DNA of 64,000 nt from Nitrosopumilus sp. (GCA_965214775.1 OZ243974.1:1824001-1888000); one strand, 5' to 3'; shown: positions 1 to 10,430, counted from the first letter of the stretch. Program-made: numbers and translations. Notes: generated by a model not told the origin, from the letters alone.

Positions 1-405
1 TTTTTTGCCTGCATCAGGCAGCGGGCCAATGGCCCCGAAAACTTGGGATTCCTCGTCGCTGTTACTTTGAATAATCAATTTGTAGCTGCCAGTCTGGCCA
101 ATCTCGAATTCTTTTTCCACCGTCTCTGACCGGATTGCCTCTGATGATATCTCAATACCTGACGAATCCAATACTTTTGCATAAAACGTATCCTCTTTGA
201 ACTCCGTAATTTGAACTGCGTAAACGCCGTAAGCAAGTTCTTCTGAAGAAAATTCTCCGGAAACTGTCAAATCCTGATTGACGCTTACCATTCCGTTTCC
301 TTGGCTAACCCCCTCTAGAATTACCTGATTTCCAACTACCAGCAGGACCAGTCCGATCACAATTAACACACCTGAAACCACCAGCATCGTTCCTGATTTT
401 TGCAC
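1..405 (-). CDS. Hypothetical membrane-anchored protein (3' end runs off window)
   Basis: Own translation from GTG at 405: MQKSGTMLVVSGVLIVIGLVLLVVGNQ...GAIGPLPDAGKK, open to position 1; N-terminal hydrophobic helix. Confidence 0.75.
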   Translation of the reverse strand, partial: MQKSGTMLVVSGVLIVIGLVLLVVGNQVILEGVSQGNGMVSVNQDLTVSGEFSSEELAYGVYAVQITEFKEDTFYAKVLDSSGIEISSEAIRSETVEKEFEIGQTGSYKLIIQSNSDEESQVFGAIGPLPDAGKK

Positions 406-456
406 ATTCTTCGAAAAATCCCCTTTAGTTTAAACCTAGTTTTTGGGATTCTACTT

Positions 457-508
457 TTAGCCTGGATTAACAAAGTTAGACAGGACTAAGAGAATTAGCT
501 TATGCTAA
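457..508. promoter_or_regulatory. Three tandem DtxR/MntR-type operator palindromes (TTAG-N6-C/TTAA)
   Basis: TTAGcctggaTTAA (457), TTAGacaggaCTAA (476), TTAGcttatgCTAA (495) at exact 19-bp spacing, next to TATA-like TTTAAATA (510-517) upstream of a metal ABC operon. Confidence 0.7.
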
Positions 509-545
509 ATTTAAATAATCCTGGCCGCAAATATTTCTTGCAGAC

Positions 546-1571
546 ATGAAAAAGCCCCTTTTGGCAGGATCCATCGTCGTTGTCGCAATAATTATTGGAG
601 TCTCTGCCACTCTTACTCAAGGCAGCAGCAGTAGCAACAGCAGCAACAACAATGACGGTGGTGGTGGGTATGGCAGTGGCAGTGGCAGTGGCGATACGAA
701 GATTGGGAATCCTGAAAGCCCATCCAATGATTCGGAGAAAATTGCCATTACAACTACGACAAACATAATCACGGATCTGGTGGAAAATATCGGCGGCGAT
801 AGCGTTTCGGTTACCGGGTTGATGGGCCCCGGAGTGGATCCTCATTTGTACCGTCCCAGTGCAAGCGATGTCAAAAAACTGCAGAATGCCGACATTATAT
901 TTTACAACGGATTGGACTTGGAAGGAAAGATGGGAGACATTTTTGTAAAAATTGGAAGGGATGGAACTTTTGTCAGGGCAGTCTCTGAAGGCATTCCTCC
1001 AGAATCGTTGCTAAGTCTGGATGCTGATGGCCATCTTGATCCTCATATCTGGTGGAATGTGGAACTCTGGATGGAAGCCGCAAGGGTCGTTGCAGCCGGA
1101 TTAATGGAGCACGATCCTGAAAATTCAGAAAAGTATGACCGGAATCTTTCAGAATATCTGGCCCGGCTGGATGCCCTAAACTCGATTAATCTGATAAAGA
1201 TTGACTCAGTCCCTCAGGAGCAAAGGGTTCTTGTTACGGCACATGATGCGTTCCAGTACTTTGGGCACGCATATGGCTTTGAGGAACTGGCCATTCAGGG
1301 ATGGAGTACTGACAGCGAAGCTGGAATCAGGGAAATCCAAATCCTGGCCGACGAAATCTCTAAGCGAAAGATCAAGGCGGTGTTTGTGGAAACTTCCGTC
1401 TCTCCGGCAACAATTGAGGCCCTAAAAGCGGCTGTCCAAGACAGGGGCCATGATGTTGTGATAGGCGGGGAGCTGTTTTCTGATGCTATAGGGGAGAAAG
1501 GGACTGCTGAGGGGACCTATGTTGGCGCATTTGCTCACAACATCAACACAATCGTACAGGCATTGAAATGA
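546..1571 (+). CDS. troA: Mn/Zn ABC transporter substrate-binding protein (TroA/MntA family)
   Basis: [19 protein letters not shown] and FSD metal-ligand motifs; N-terminal TM anchor followed by S/N/G-rich linker. Confidence 0.92.
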   Translation: MKKPLLAGSIVVVAIIIGVSATLTQGSSSSNSSNNNDGGGGYGSGSGSGDTKIGNPESPSNDSEKIAITTTTNIITDLVENIGGDSVSVTGLMGPGVDPHLYRPSASDVKKLQNADIIFYNGLDLEGKMGDIFVKIGRDGTFVRAVSEGIPPESLLSLDADGHLDPHIWWNVELWMEAARVVAAGLMEHDPENSEKYDRNLSEYLARLDALNSINLIKIDSVPQEQRVLVTAHDAFQYFGHAYGFEELAIQGWSTDSEAGIREIQILADEISKRKIKAVFVETSVSPATIEALKAAVQDRGHDVVIGGELFSDAIGEKGTAEGTYVGAFAHNINTIVQALK

Positions 1572-2353
1572 TGGAACAGAGATCAGGTGAGGAAAAAAAA
1601 TCCGGAGGGGCCAGCGAATCCCCCGTAACGATTAGAAGCCTTTCAGTAACATACGGAACCGGGCCGGCTCTGTGGAATATCGACCTTGATCTTCCCCGGG
1701 GAAAAATGACTGCAATTGTTGGTCCAAACGGCGCAGGAAAATCCACTCTGATAAAGGCTGTTATGGGATTGGTGCCAATTGCCGCCGGCAAAGTAAGCGT
1801 TTATGGCAAACCATGCTCCAAGAACCGAAGCAAGGTTGCATATGTTCCTCAACGGCGCTCCGTTGACTGGGACTTTCCGACAGACGCATTAGACGTTGTT
1901 GAAATGGGACTGTATGGAAAGCTCGGATGGTTTCATCGTCCAAATTCAAAAACACGAGGCTTGGCCAGGGAATGCCTGGACAAAGTGGGATTGCATGACT
2001 GTGCAGACAGGCAGATAGGGCAGTTATCTGGAGGCCAGCAGCAAAGGGTCTTTGTGGCAAGGGCCCTGGCACAGGATGCCGATGTTTACCTGATGGATGA
2101 GCCGCTAAACGGAGTAGACGCAATAACAGAGGAAACAATTCTGTCGGTTCTTGAGGGTCTCAGAAGGAAGGGAAAAACCGTCGTGATGGTTCATCATGAT
2201 CTTCGGACTGTTGAAAAGTATTTTGACTGGGTTGTAATGCTAAATAGGAATCTGATTGCCGCAGGACCGATAAAAGAAGCGTTTACAAAAGCAAACCTGG
2301 ACAGGACCTATGGGAAAAGCGGCACCGCACGCCTGTTCGGCAAGGATATGTGA
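1568..2353 (+). CDS. troB: Mn/Zn ABC transporter ATP-binding protein
   Basis: Walker [18 protein letters not shown] signature, YLMDEP Walker B, AYVPQ. Confidence 0.95.
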   Translation: MMEQRSGEEKKSGGASESPVTIRSLSVTYGTGPALWNIDLDLPRGKMTAIVGPNGAGKSTLIKAVMGLVPIAAGKVSVYGKPCSKNRSKVAYVPQRRSVDWDFPTDALDVVEMGLYGKLGWFHRPNSKTRGLARECLDKVGLHDCADRQIGQLSGGQQQRVFVARALAQDADVYLMDEPLNGVDAITEETILSVLEGLRRKGKTVVMVHHDLRTVEKYFDWVVMLNRNLIAAGPIKEAFTKANLDRTYGKSGTARLFGKDM

Positions 2354-2359
2354 GATCAA

Positions 2360-3328
2360 GTGGTTCTTGAAGAAGCGTTCCCTGTTTTTCTGGGAGTCTT
2401 TACCGATTATACTCTGAGGAACGCCGCTCTGGGCTCTGCTGTCCTGGGAATTGCCAGTGGCGCCCTTGGATGTTTTACCGTACTGAGAAAACAGAGCCTG
2501 TTTGGAGATGCCCTTGCCCATGCAGCCCTGCCTGGGATTGGGTTTGCCTACCTGTTTGCCGGAACAAAGGACTCGCTTCTTTTGATGCTGGGCGCTGCAA
2601 TCTTTGCATGGTTTGGCGGAATAATCACACTTGCAATCACGGGCACTACGAGGATCAAGCAGGATGCCGCTCTGGGAATCGTACTCTCTGTCTTTTTTGG
2701 ACTGGGGGTTGTCCTGCTGACTCATCTGCAAAACATTGGGGATGCCAGCCAGGGGGGGCTGGACAGATTTCTGTTTGGTCAGGCAGCTGCGTTAACGGAA
2801 TCTGACGCAGTCAGTCTGGGAATCCTGGCTGCCGTGTGCCTTGCCGTTCTAACCGTGTTTTACAAAGAGTTCAAGATTGCAACCTTTGACAGCTTCTTTG
2901 GCCAAAGCCTGGGACTTCGAATCAGGCATCTTGATGCGCTGCTGACATCGGTAATTGTCGTGGCAGTTGTAATGGGACTGCATACTGTTGGCGTGGTTCT
3001 GATGGTTTCCATGCTGATTGCCCCGGCAGCTGCGGCAAGGCAGTGGGCTTCAAGCCTCAAAAGCATGATAATCCTGTCTGCAATCTTTGGCAGTTTGAGC
3101 GGAATTGCCGGCTCTGTGATTAGCAGCACGACTGAGGGGATGTCCACCGGACCTGTAATTGTGGTTATGATTACTGCCGTACTGGGCGTCTCGCTGCTAT
3201 TCTCGCCAAAACGAGGCTATCTGTCTGGGTATCTTTTTTGCAACCAAAGAAAACCACAGACTCCTCTGGACCGAACCAAGGCAGTCTCAGACAGAGAAAA
3301 GGAGGGGAATCATGGAAATTTCCAGTGA
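2360..3328 (+). CDS. troC: Mn/Zn ABC transporter permease (ABC-3 family)
   Basis: GDALAHAALPG motif, multiple TM helices, operon position. Confidence 0.9.
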   Translation: MVLEEAFPVFLGVFTDYTLRNAALGSAVLGIASGALGCFTVLRKQSLFGDALAHAALPGIGFAYLFAGTKDSLLLMLGAAIFAWFGGIITLAITGTTRIKQDAALGIVLSVFFGLGVVLLTHLQNIGDASQGGLDRFLFGQAAALTESDAVSLGILAAVCLAVLTVFYKEFKIATFDSFFGQSLGLRIRHLDALLTSVIVVAVVMGLHTVGVVLMVSMLIAPAAAARQWASSLKSMIILSAIFGSLSGIAGSVISSTTEGMSTGPVIVVMITAVLGVSLLFSPKRGYLSGYLFCNQRKPQTPLDRTKAVSDREKEGNHGNFQ

Positions 3329-4418
3329 TCTGATAATTGTGGGCGCCGCTGTCCTGGTGGCAGCAAACTGTGCCTCAATTGGCGTGTTTTTGGTGCTAAG
3401 ACAGATGGCAATGATGTCTGATGCCATCGGCCATGCCGTCTTGCTGGGAATAGTCATCGCCGTATTTTCTGCAGGCGGGAGAGAACCTGTCCCGGTAATT
3501 GTGGGCGGCGTGCTGTCAGGAATTCTTACAGTATCCCTGGTTGAGCTGCTGTATCGTTCAGGGAAACTAAAACAAGACAGCTCGATTGGAATTGTCTTTC
3601 CTTTCTTGTTTGCAATCGGGGTGATTCTTGTCACACAGGCAGGCAACCTCCACATTGATGCGCAGCATGTCCTGTATGGCTCGATAGAATTTGCGCCATT
3701 TGATACGCTGCATGTGGGTGATTTTGACGCTGGTTCCAGGTCTTTGTGGGTTCTTGGCATCTTGGCAATTGCAAACGTATCCTTTGTTGGAATCCTTTAC
3801 AAGGAACTAAAAATTAGCACCTTTGACAAGTCGCTTGCATTGGGCATTGGAATGATGCCTCTGCTGGTTCATTATCTGCTGATGGTTATGGTGGCCACTA
3901 CTGCAGTTGTTGCCTTTGAATCGGTTGGCGCAATTCTTGTAATCGCATTTTTCATCGTTCCTGCATCTGCGGCGTATCTGCTCACAGATCGCCTGTCTAA
4001 AATGCTGGCTCTCTCGGTTTTCCTGGGGATTGCAAGTGCCGTGACGGGTTATCTGCTTGCGGTTCTTGCCGATGTGTCAATATCTGGCTCGATGGCCACT
4101 ATGGCCGGAGCTATTTTCGGATTGGTTTGGGTCTTTGCGCCAAACAGGAGGGGGTTGATCAGTAGATGGAGACGAATCTCAAAGCAGCGATTTGAAGTAG
4201 ATCTGGCAATCGTTCTGACTCTTATCCAAAACGAGCTTGATGCACAACGCCGGGTTTCTACGTTAACCATATCGGATTCCTTGGGTTGGACCGAGGAACG
4301 CTCCAAAAGACTGGGCAAATTCATTGAAGAGCAAAAACTTGCTGAAAAAGACGCCCAAGGCAACTTTGTACTGCTTACCGGCCTTGGACTGAGAAAGGCA
4401 GAAAGCCTTTCAAGCTAG
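3312..4418 (+). CDS. troD: Mn/Zn ABC transporter permease with C-terminal winged-helix-like extension
   Basis: SDAIGHAVLLG motif, TM helices; soluble ~90-aa tail ending ...FVLLTGLGLRKAE. Confidence 0.88.
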   Translation: MEISSDLIIVGAAVLVAANCASIGVFLVLRQMAMMSDAIGHAVLLGIVIAVFSAGGREPVPVIVGGVLSGILTVSLVELLYRSGKLKQDSSIGIVFPFLFAIGVILVTQAGNLHIDAQHVLYGSIEFAPFDTLHVGDFDAGSRSLWVLGILAIANVSFVGILYKELKISTFDKSLALGIGMMPLLVHYLLMVMVATTAVVAFESVGAILVIAFFIVPASAAYLLTDRLSKMLALSVFLGIASAVTGYLLAVLADVSISGSMATMAGAIFGLVWVFAPNRRGLISRWRRISKQRFEVDLAIVLTLIQNELDAQRRVSTLTISDSLGWTEERSKRLGKFIEEQKLAEKDAQGNFVLLTGLGLRKAESLSS

Positions 4419-5791
4419 TCTGGGCGTGACTGCTGTTTGTCTGCCGGTTCGGGATGAATTGTGATTACGGAGTTTTTAATCTGAGATCTTATCAGATGCT
4501 CTATTTCTGACGTCAAATCATGGACTTTTTCTATTGACAACTCCCTGTCAAAGGAGCAGTCAATGTCGATTTTTCGGATGTTTTCAAATCTCAAGGAAAC
4601 AATTCTTCCGATTGCCTTGATTTCGTCATACCTTTCTAAAACAGCTTTTATTTCTCCTTCTGCCTCCTTGTCCTCTGAGTTAAAGTTTTTTGGAACTGTG
4701 AGGAATGGTTCCAGGTGGATTGTCGCATGCTCGATTTCGGGAACCTCCATTTGAATCCTCTGCTCTACGATCTCTGAGATTTTGTGCGCTGAATCAAGGT
4801 TGATCTCTCCGTTCACCATGACGTGCAAGTCTGTGAAAATCTTTCCCTTTGTCTTGTGAGTGCTTACATTGTGCACCCCTTTTACTCCGTCCACCCCCTG
4901 GGCAACATCTTGAATTTTTGCATCCAAAGGAACACCGCTCCAGTTTGGCTCAAAGTGAACGGTGATCGACGCATTTGCAATCTTGTCCTTGATGTTCCTC
5001 TCAACGTTGCTGCTAATCTCGTGAGCCTTGTCAAAACTTGTATTTCCCATCAATGAAATTGTAATGTCTGCAAAAATTGTATCACCTGAATGCCTCATCA
5101 GGATTGGGTCTGCGTCCAATACTCCCTGGGTCTCTAAAGAAATCTTTCTGACATCTTGTACGAGTTCCGGGGAGATAATGTCAGTCAAGTCTAACGCTGT
5201 TCTGTAAATCAGCTTGATGCTTAGTACTGCAAGCAGTCCTCCGAGAATCAGTGCCGCTATAAAGTCTCCGTTGTAAAACCCGTATGATACAAGGACAATT
5301 CCCGCAATGGCAACTACGGTGGAACCCAGGTCCGTGAACGCATGATAGAAATCTGCTTTTAGCGTAGAGCCGCCTATTTTCCTAATTGATCTTTGCAGCA
5401 GGACAACTCTGAAGATGTCCACTCCTATTGTATACAGCCCGCCAATGACTGCAAACAGACCCGGGAGGACAGCAGGCGGCGGACTCTGAATTCTGTTGAC
5501 TGACTCGTAAATGAAAAAGCATGCAATCAGAAATATTGCAATCCCCCCGATTAATCCCCCCAGCGATTCTATTTTTCCATGGCCGTACGTATGCTTGGCA
5601 TCAGGCGGCTTTGCTGCCATTCTGGCAGCCAAAAGCAAAACAACTGTTACTACGGCATCAAGCAGTGCATGAATGCTGTCAGTGATTAGTGCCAGACTGT
5701 TTGAGACTAGGCCAAACGCAAGTTCCACTACAAATGCTGAAAAAATTGCCGCTAGTGAAATCTGTAAAACCCTGGCTCTTTGGACAAACAT
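4415..5791 (-). CDS. Cation diffusion facilitator (CDF) transporter with three C-terminal dimerisation-type domains
   Basis: SLALITDSIHALLD, HTYGHGKIE, ADFYHAFTD; repeated AHEIS..E / HxEP motifs (ITVHFEP, TIHLEP, TIHPEP). Confidence 0.9.
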   Translation of the reverse strand: MFVQRARVLQISLAAIFSAFVVELAFGLVSNSLALITDSIHALLDAVVTVVLLLAARMAAKPPDAKHTYGHGKIESLGGLIGGIAIFLIACFFIYESVNRIQSPPPAVLPGLFAVIGGLYTIGVDIFRVVLLQRSIRKIGGSTLKADFYHAFTDLGSTVVAIAGIVLVSYGFYNGDFIAALILGGLLAVLSIKLIYRTALDLTDIISPELVQDVRKISLETQGVLDADPILMRHSGDTIFADITISLMGNTSFDKAHEISSNVERNIKDKIANASITVHFEPNWSGVPLDAKIQDVAQGVDGVKGVHNVSTHKTKGKIFTDLHVMVNGEINLDSAHKISEIVEQRIQMEVPEIEHATIHLEPFLTVPKNFNSEDKEAEGEIKAVLERYDEIKAIGRIVSLRFENIRKIDIDCSFDRELSIEKVHDLTSEIEHLIRSQIKNSVITIHPEPADKQQSRPD

Positions 5792-6124
5792 TTTCCTAAA
5801 ATCCGATGATTTTTTACCGTATTACAGGTTTCTAAGAAGAAGAAGAAGAAGAGCTACTACTGCCTCTGTGACGGTGTTGTTTGTAATAACTGATTTTTGA
5901 GCTGTTACGCCAGAAATATTGGGATGTGCTGGCAATTTTTTCAATAGTTTTCCTGCTTCTGGCTTTAGGTGCCAGGAGGTGTGACCTCCTGTCCTCCCGT
6001 TGACAATTCAAATTCGTTGCCTGCAGAAATCCCCGATTTGAAAACCATCTTTCAGGCTTGATGATAATTAAAGCTGTAATTGGTGATATGGGGACATTCA
6101 AGACGCCTGTAAAGGAAAGGGCAA

Positions 6125-6168
6125 GCCTCCCTGCCTCCCTGCCTCCCTGCCTCCCTCCCTGCCTCCCT
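6125..6168. repeat. Low-complexity (CCTG/CCTC) tandem tract; short (AGA)n tract at ~5835-5851
   Basis: gcctccctgcctccctgcctccctgcctccctccctgcctccct seen directly. Confidence 0.8.
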
Positions 6169-6587
6169 GATGCCCTCGCATTAACTGGAAACCTCCCTGC
6201 CTGCCTGCTGTACAAAACTGAATTATCTCACGATAACCATGATGTTGGAACTTGTTATTGGATGCTAAAACTCTTGAACTGTAAATGTGGCTGAAAAACA
6301 AGACAGTGCAAAATGATTTGGCCGCTGAATCTGTTTCCGACTTGCTCTGTTGGGGAAACTGCATTTTTAATTGATGAATGGCTGATCTTGCTGCCTCTGA
6401 GATCTTCTGAGCATTTTGCAAACCAAGGGATTTCGTATTGGGAAAGGAACAATTCAAAATGGCAGTATGAAGATCAAATCTCATATGATATTTCTTAAAG
6501 CCGATCCGATACTTGGCCAAAAAAGGTGCAATTCAAACACAATACAGCCGATTTTTCTTTTGTTTAAAATATAAATACTCCCAAGGC

Positions 6588-7592
6588 ATGAAAAAAATGA
6601 AAATGAGACTGGCCGAATTCTTTGTATTTGCGTTATTATCTGTCTCAATTCTATCCTATGGTACTGCCGGCGGTGGTTCTGCCTTTGCCGCAACTGATCC
6701 TAATCCGGCATTGACAATTTCATCTGACTTGGATGATTATTCAAACGGCTCAACAATTACCATCTCTGGAAATATCAAGGATTACGATCCTGGAAAAGGA
6801 CTTACTTTCATCATCAGATCCCCTGTTGACAACATGGTAACTATTGGACAAATCATTCCAAACTCGGACGGCTCTTTTGAAAAGACAACAATTGCCGGCG
6901 GACCTTTGTGGAAATTAGCTGGAGACTATAAGATAGAGTTTCACTATGGTGTCACTTCATCTGAAATTGCAATTAATTATGTAGGTGGCGAACAACCACC
7001 TACAGTAGAGCCACCACCTACAGTAGAGCCACCACCTACAGTAGAGCCACCACCTACAGTAGATCCACCCCCGCCACCCCCACCCCCGCCACCCCCACCC
7101 CCGCCACCACCGGCAGACCCGCAATGTGGACCCGGAACAGAGTTGCGAGACGGCGTATGTCAGGTAATTGCCCCTGTTACTACTGATCCGCCAAAATCAG
7201 ATGGCGGTGGTGGTAGTTGCCTTATTGCAACTGCGGCATACGGCACCGAACTGGCCCCTCAGGTACAGTTCTTGAGGGAAGTCCGAGACAACACCGTAAT
7301 GAGCACTTCATCAGGAATGGCGTTTATGGCCGGCTTTAACCAGTTGTACTATTCATTCTCGCCAACAATTGCCGACTGGGAAAGAGAAAACCCAATGTTC
7401 CAAGAAACAGTCAGAGCATTCATCACTCCGATGATATCCACTCTTTCAATCATGACGCTGGCAGACAGCGGTTCGGAAATCGAGGTGCTTGGATTGGGAA
7501 TCTCGGTAATTGCATTGAATCTTGGAATGTACATTGCAGCACCGGCATTGGTTGGATTCAAGGTACACCGCCACCTTAAATCCAGAAAGTAA
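6588..7592 (+). CDS. Secreted CFI-box-CTERM surface protein with Pro-rich linker
   Basis: Signal peptide, CGPGTELRDGVC motif, CLIATAAYGTELAPQVQFLRE domain, C-terminal TM helix plus basic tail; ATG at 6588 follows TATA at ~6563-6576. Confidence 0.85.
   Translation: MKKMKMRLAEFFVFALLSVSILSYGTAGGGSAFAATDPNPALTISSDLDDYSNGSTITISGNIKDYDPGKGLTFIIRSPVDNMVTIGQIIPNSDGSFEKTTIAGGPLWKLAGDYKIEFHYGVTSSEIAINYVGGEQPPTVEPPPTVEPPPTVEPPPTVDPPPPPPPPPPPPPPPPADPQCGPGTELRDGVCQVIAPVTTDPPKSDGGGGSCLIATAAYGTELAPQVQFLREVRDNTVMSTSSGMAFMAGFNQLYYSFSPTIADWERENPMFQETVRAFITPMISTLSIMTLADSGSEIEVLGLGISVIALNLGMYIAAPALVGFKVHRHLKSRK
6993..7112 (+). repeat. 18-bp coding repeat (PPPTVE x4) followed by poly-Pro
   Basis: ccaccacctacagtagag units at 6993-7064, then CCN run. 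Confidence 0.9.
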
Positions 7593-7647
7593 CGACAACC
7601 CTGTTTCATCTAGTAACTTATTATACTGAACCCGTCTAGACCATTCA

Positions 7648-7971
7648 ATGAAAATTGAATATGAAGAGTTTGATACCATCGAAGACATATTCCTGTATAT
7701 GGCATCAGCGGCCCCTCCGATGAAAAACACAATGCCGGTTCATTCATACAAAGGCTACATAATGTCCTTCATTCCGCTTAGTCCGACTACCGGGGAGACC
7801 TATCTGATGATCTATGCAAAAGGCTCTCTTGAACCAGGAATTTACGAGTTTGACGTGGCATCAAAGTCCTTCAAAAGGGTTGACGGAATTGAAAGGGCAG
7901 ACAAGGTCTACTTTGTATCCCTGACTCCCAAAAGAAACACAATAGCAGATAGCGCTATTGAAAGCCTATAG
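7648..7971 (+). CDS. Conserved hypothetical protein
   Basis: 107-aa ORF with ATG start after a TATA-like element, converging on the next gene. Confidence 0.7.
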   Translation: MKIEYEEFDTIEDIFLYMASAAPPMKNTMPVHSYKGYIMSFIPLSPTTGETYLMIYAKGSLEPGIYEFDVASKSFKRVDGIERADKVYFVSLTPKRNTIADSAIESL

Positions 7972-9546
7972 TTTCTTTGTCTGAATCCTTGGAACAGACA
8001 CTGATCTGCTTTTGGAATATTTGTCGATAATTTCGTCCGGCGTTCTGCCGTTGAACAGATCCTTGCACAATCCCCTGAGATATCTCATAATGGCCCAGGT
8101 TCCTGCCTTTAGAATTCCATACATGAATACCTTCATTGGAGGCCCATAGGTCTTGTTTCTCAAGATAATCGGAATGATGTCGTTGATTACCCTCAGATTG
8201 TTTTCCCAGCATTTCCAAAACAACGTAAACTGTGCCTCGTTTAGGTTTCCAAAGTGCATTGAATTTTTTTCGCTGAAATCTTGGTAAAGCAGCGGTGCTA
8301 CCAGTCCCCTGAAATCCATCGCTCTAAAGTCACTCATCATGTCAATCGTGTGCTGAATGTCATCCGGTGTCTCGTCAGGCCATCCTATGATGATGGTGGC
8401 AGCTGGGAACCAGTGGTTTTCATTTAAAATTCTGGCGCCTTCCCTGACCACGCTTCCCCATTCTTCGGGAGCAAACGGCTTTGTTTTTACACCAAGATGC
8501 TTCTTTACCATGTCTGGCGCAACCGTTTCGATTCCCAAATTGGTTGCAAGCCATCTGCCAGATTTGTGTTGGTTGTTAATTTCCGCAATGTTGTGCATTA
8601 GCTGGGGATCTGCTGCAACTGCTGAAAATGTCATGTGTGTGGTTCCGACAAAGTTTGCCCCAAGTCCCTTCAGTCCTTTCCACAAATCCGTAATTGCATC
8701 CCTGTTTGGAACAAAGTCCCTGTTGTCGCATCCGTATAGCAGCATTTCATCAGAATGCAGCCATACCGAATCAAACCCGTAATCTAGGTTGATCTTTGCC
8801 TCATGCTGCAACCTCTCTGGGGGGAGATCCTTTTTTGATCTTTTGTTCACGTCGCAAAAGTCGCAACCCCTTCCGCACCCTCTCATCGCCTCGATAAGGG
8901 AGTTAATCGTCGGACCCTCGATAACTGGAATATTCTCGAGGTTTCTGACAAAACAATGCATCAGTTCCGGCGCGTCGCCTTGCTCCAAATCTTGGAACAA
9001 GTCCACTGCCAATTCATCGGCCTCCCCCACTACAACCGTGTCAAGTCCGTGAATCCTCATTCTGTCTGATTTTGCCAGTTCCCATGCGCCGTTACCGCCA
9101 ACTACCACCTTGAAATCATGCTTTTTCTTCAGCTGGATAATGCTTGCGCACATCTTTTTGAATTTCATCGCAACATAGGATAGTTTTTCAGGCGACATTG
9201 TTGTTGTAACCGGTGCCATTCCCAACGGATCCATTACATTGATTCCGACAACCCTCGTATCCGGACCAATCGATTTGTGCAGCATCTCCGGATGTGCCAT
9301 GAAGACGTCCTCTCTTTTGTATCCGCCCTGCAACAGCGAACTCTCAACACGTCTTAATCCGACCTGGGCAACTCTGACTTGGCCGGTAGCCGGATCTGTC
9401 TCTACTGAGGGACAAAACACCTTGTCAAAAACCCATTCTGGGAGCACCTCGTACGGACCGCATGCGATGAATCCGTAGAGAAAATTCCCCCTGTAGTTTG
9501 TCATCAGGCTGCGATCAGCAGTAAGTACGATGCGTTTGCCGGCCAA
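7966..9546 (-). CDS. B12-binding radical SAM protein
   Basis: RGCGRGCDFC (CxxxCxxC), VVVGG and VVVGEAD cobalamin-binding-type motifs. Confidence 0.88.
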   Translation of the reverse strand: MAGKRIVLTADRSLMTNYRGNFLYGFIACGPYEVLPEWVFDKVFCPSVETDPATGQVRVAQVGLRRVESSLLQGGYKREDVFMAHPEMLHKSIGPDTRVVGINVMDPLGMAPVTTTMSPEKLSYVAMKFKKMCASIIQLKKKHDFKVVVGGNGAWELAKSDRMRIHGLDTVVVGEADELAVDLFQDLEQGDAPELMHCFVRNLENIPVIEGPTINSLIEAMRGCGRGCDFCDVNKRSKKDLPPERLQHEAKINLDYGFDSVWLHSDEMLLYGCDNRDFVPNRDAITDLWKGLKGLGANFVGTTHMTFSAVAADPQLMHNIAEINNQHKSGRWLATNLGIETVAPDMVKKHLGVKTKPFAPEEWGSVVREGARILNENHWFPAATIIIGWPDETPDDIQHTIDMMSDFRAMDFRGLVAPLLYQDFSEKNSMHFGNLNEAQFTLFWKCWENNLRVINDIIPIILRNKTYGPPMKVFMYGILKAGTWAIMRYLRGLCKDLFNGRTPDEIIDKYSKSRSVSVPRIQTKKL

Positions 9547-9623
9547 CTACACAACTTCATCAAGGTATGTATATATCGTTTACGAGGATGCCAGCCCGGC
9601 CACGACGATCTTTCAGGGGAATC

Positions 9624-10397
9624 CTATCTTTTTCTAATTGAACGGTTTGCAATATTTGCGGCAATTCCTCCGGCTGCAATGCCATTGTCAATGTTGACCA
9701 CTGACAATCCTAGCGAACAGCTCTGCAACATTGATGCAAGCGCTGCAATTCCTTTTTGGCCGTATCCGTATCCTACAGACGTGGGGATTCCGATTGTCGG
9801 AATGTCCACCAGTGCGGAGACCAGCGTTGCCAGCGCCCCCTCCATTCCAGCTGCAACAATGATGCAGTCTACCTCCTGATCTACCATCTTTTTTAATTCT
9901 GGAAAAATTCTTTGAATCCCGGCAACCCCGACGTCATAGCCTGTGATGCATTTACAGTTCATTGCCTCGCACATCAGCCTTGATTCTTCGGCAACGCCGA
10001 TGTCTGAGGTGCCTGCAGTCAAAATTCCGACCTTTCCGCCATCTTGTCTGATGGCCTTTTTATAAAGCAAAAGCGAGGAGGAATTCTTGCCTGTCTTTAC
10101 CTTGACTTTTAATTTTTTTGAATATTCCTTGATCTTTGGATAATCGCTTTTCTTGAGTCTGGAAACCATTACTGCGTTTGATTTTTCCAGGACTCTTTTT
10201 GCAATCTTTTTAATCTCGTCCAATTCCTTTGTCTCGGCAAAAACCACCTCTGGAATTCCTCTTCTGCCCTGTCTTCTGATGTCTATCTTGGCAAACCCCT
10301 CTATTTGCTCAATTGAGTGTAACGAAAGTAATTTTTTTGCCTGATTGACCGTGATTTTGTTTTCCTTTAACGACTCGAGGATTTTTTCGACATCCAA
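9624..10397 (-). CDS. larB: Nickel-pincer cofactor biosynthesis protein LarB
   Basis: RRGIPEVVF, AGTSDIGVAEE, DVGVAGI, AGMEGAL, PTSVGYG, VVNIDNG. Confidence 0.93.
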   Translation of the reverse strand: MDVEKILESLKENKITVNQAKKLLSLHSIEQIEGFAKIDIRRQGRRGIPEVVFAETKELDEIKKIAKRVLEKSNAVMVSRLKKSDYPKIKEYSKKLKVKVKTGKNSSSLLLYKKAIRQDGGKVGILTAGTSDIGVAEESRLMCEAMNCKCITGYDVGVAGIQRIFPELKKMVDQEVDCIIVAAGMEGALATLVSALVDIPTIGIPTSVGYGYGQKGIAALASMLQSCSLGLSVVNIDNGIAAGGIAANIANRSIRKR

Positions 10398-10430
10398 TGC
10401 ATTTTGTAGGGCTATTGAATAAAAAAATGC

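Noticed and set aside
5899-6421. Weak inverted repeats (5899-6009 and 6308-6421) as MITEs
   Set aside because: Short or imperfect IRs, no second copy or TSD found in the window
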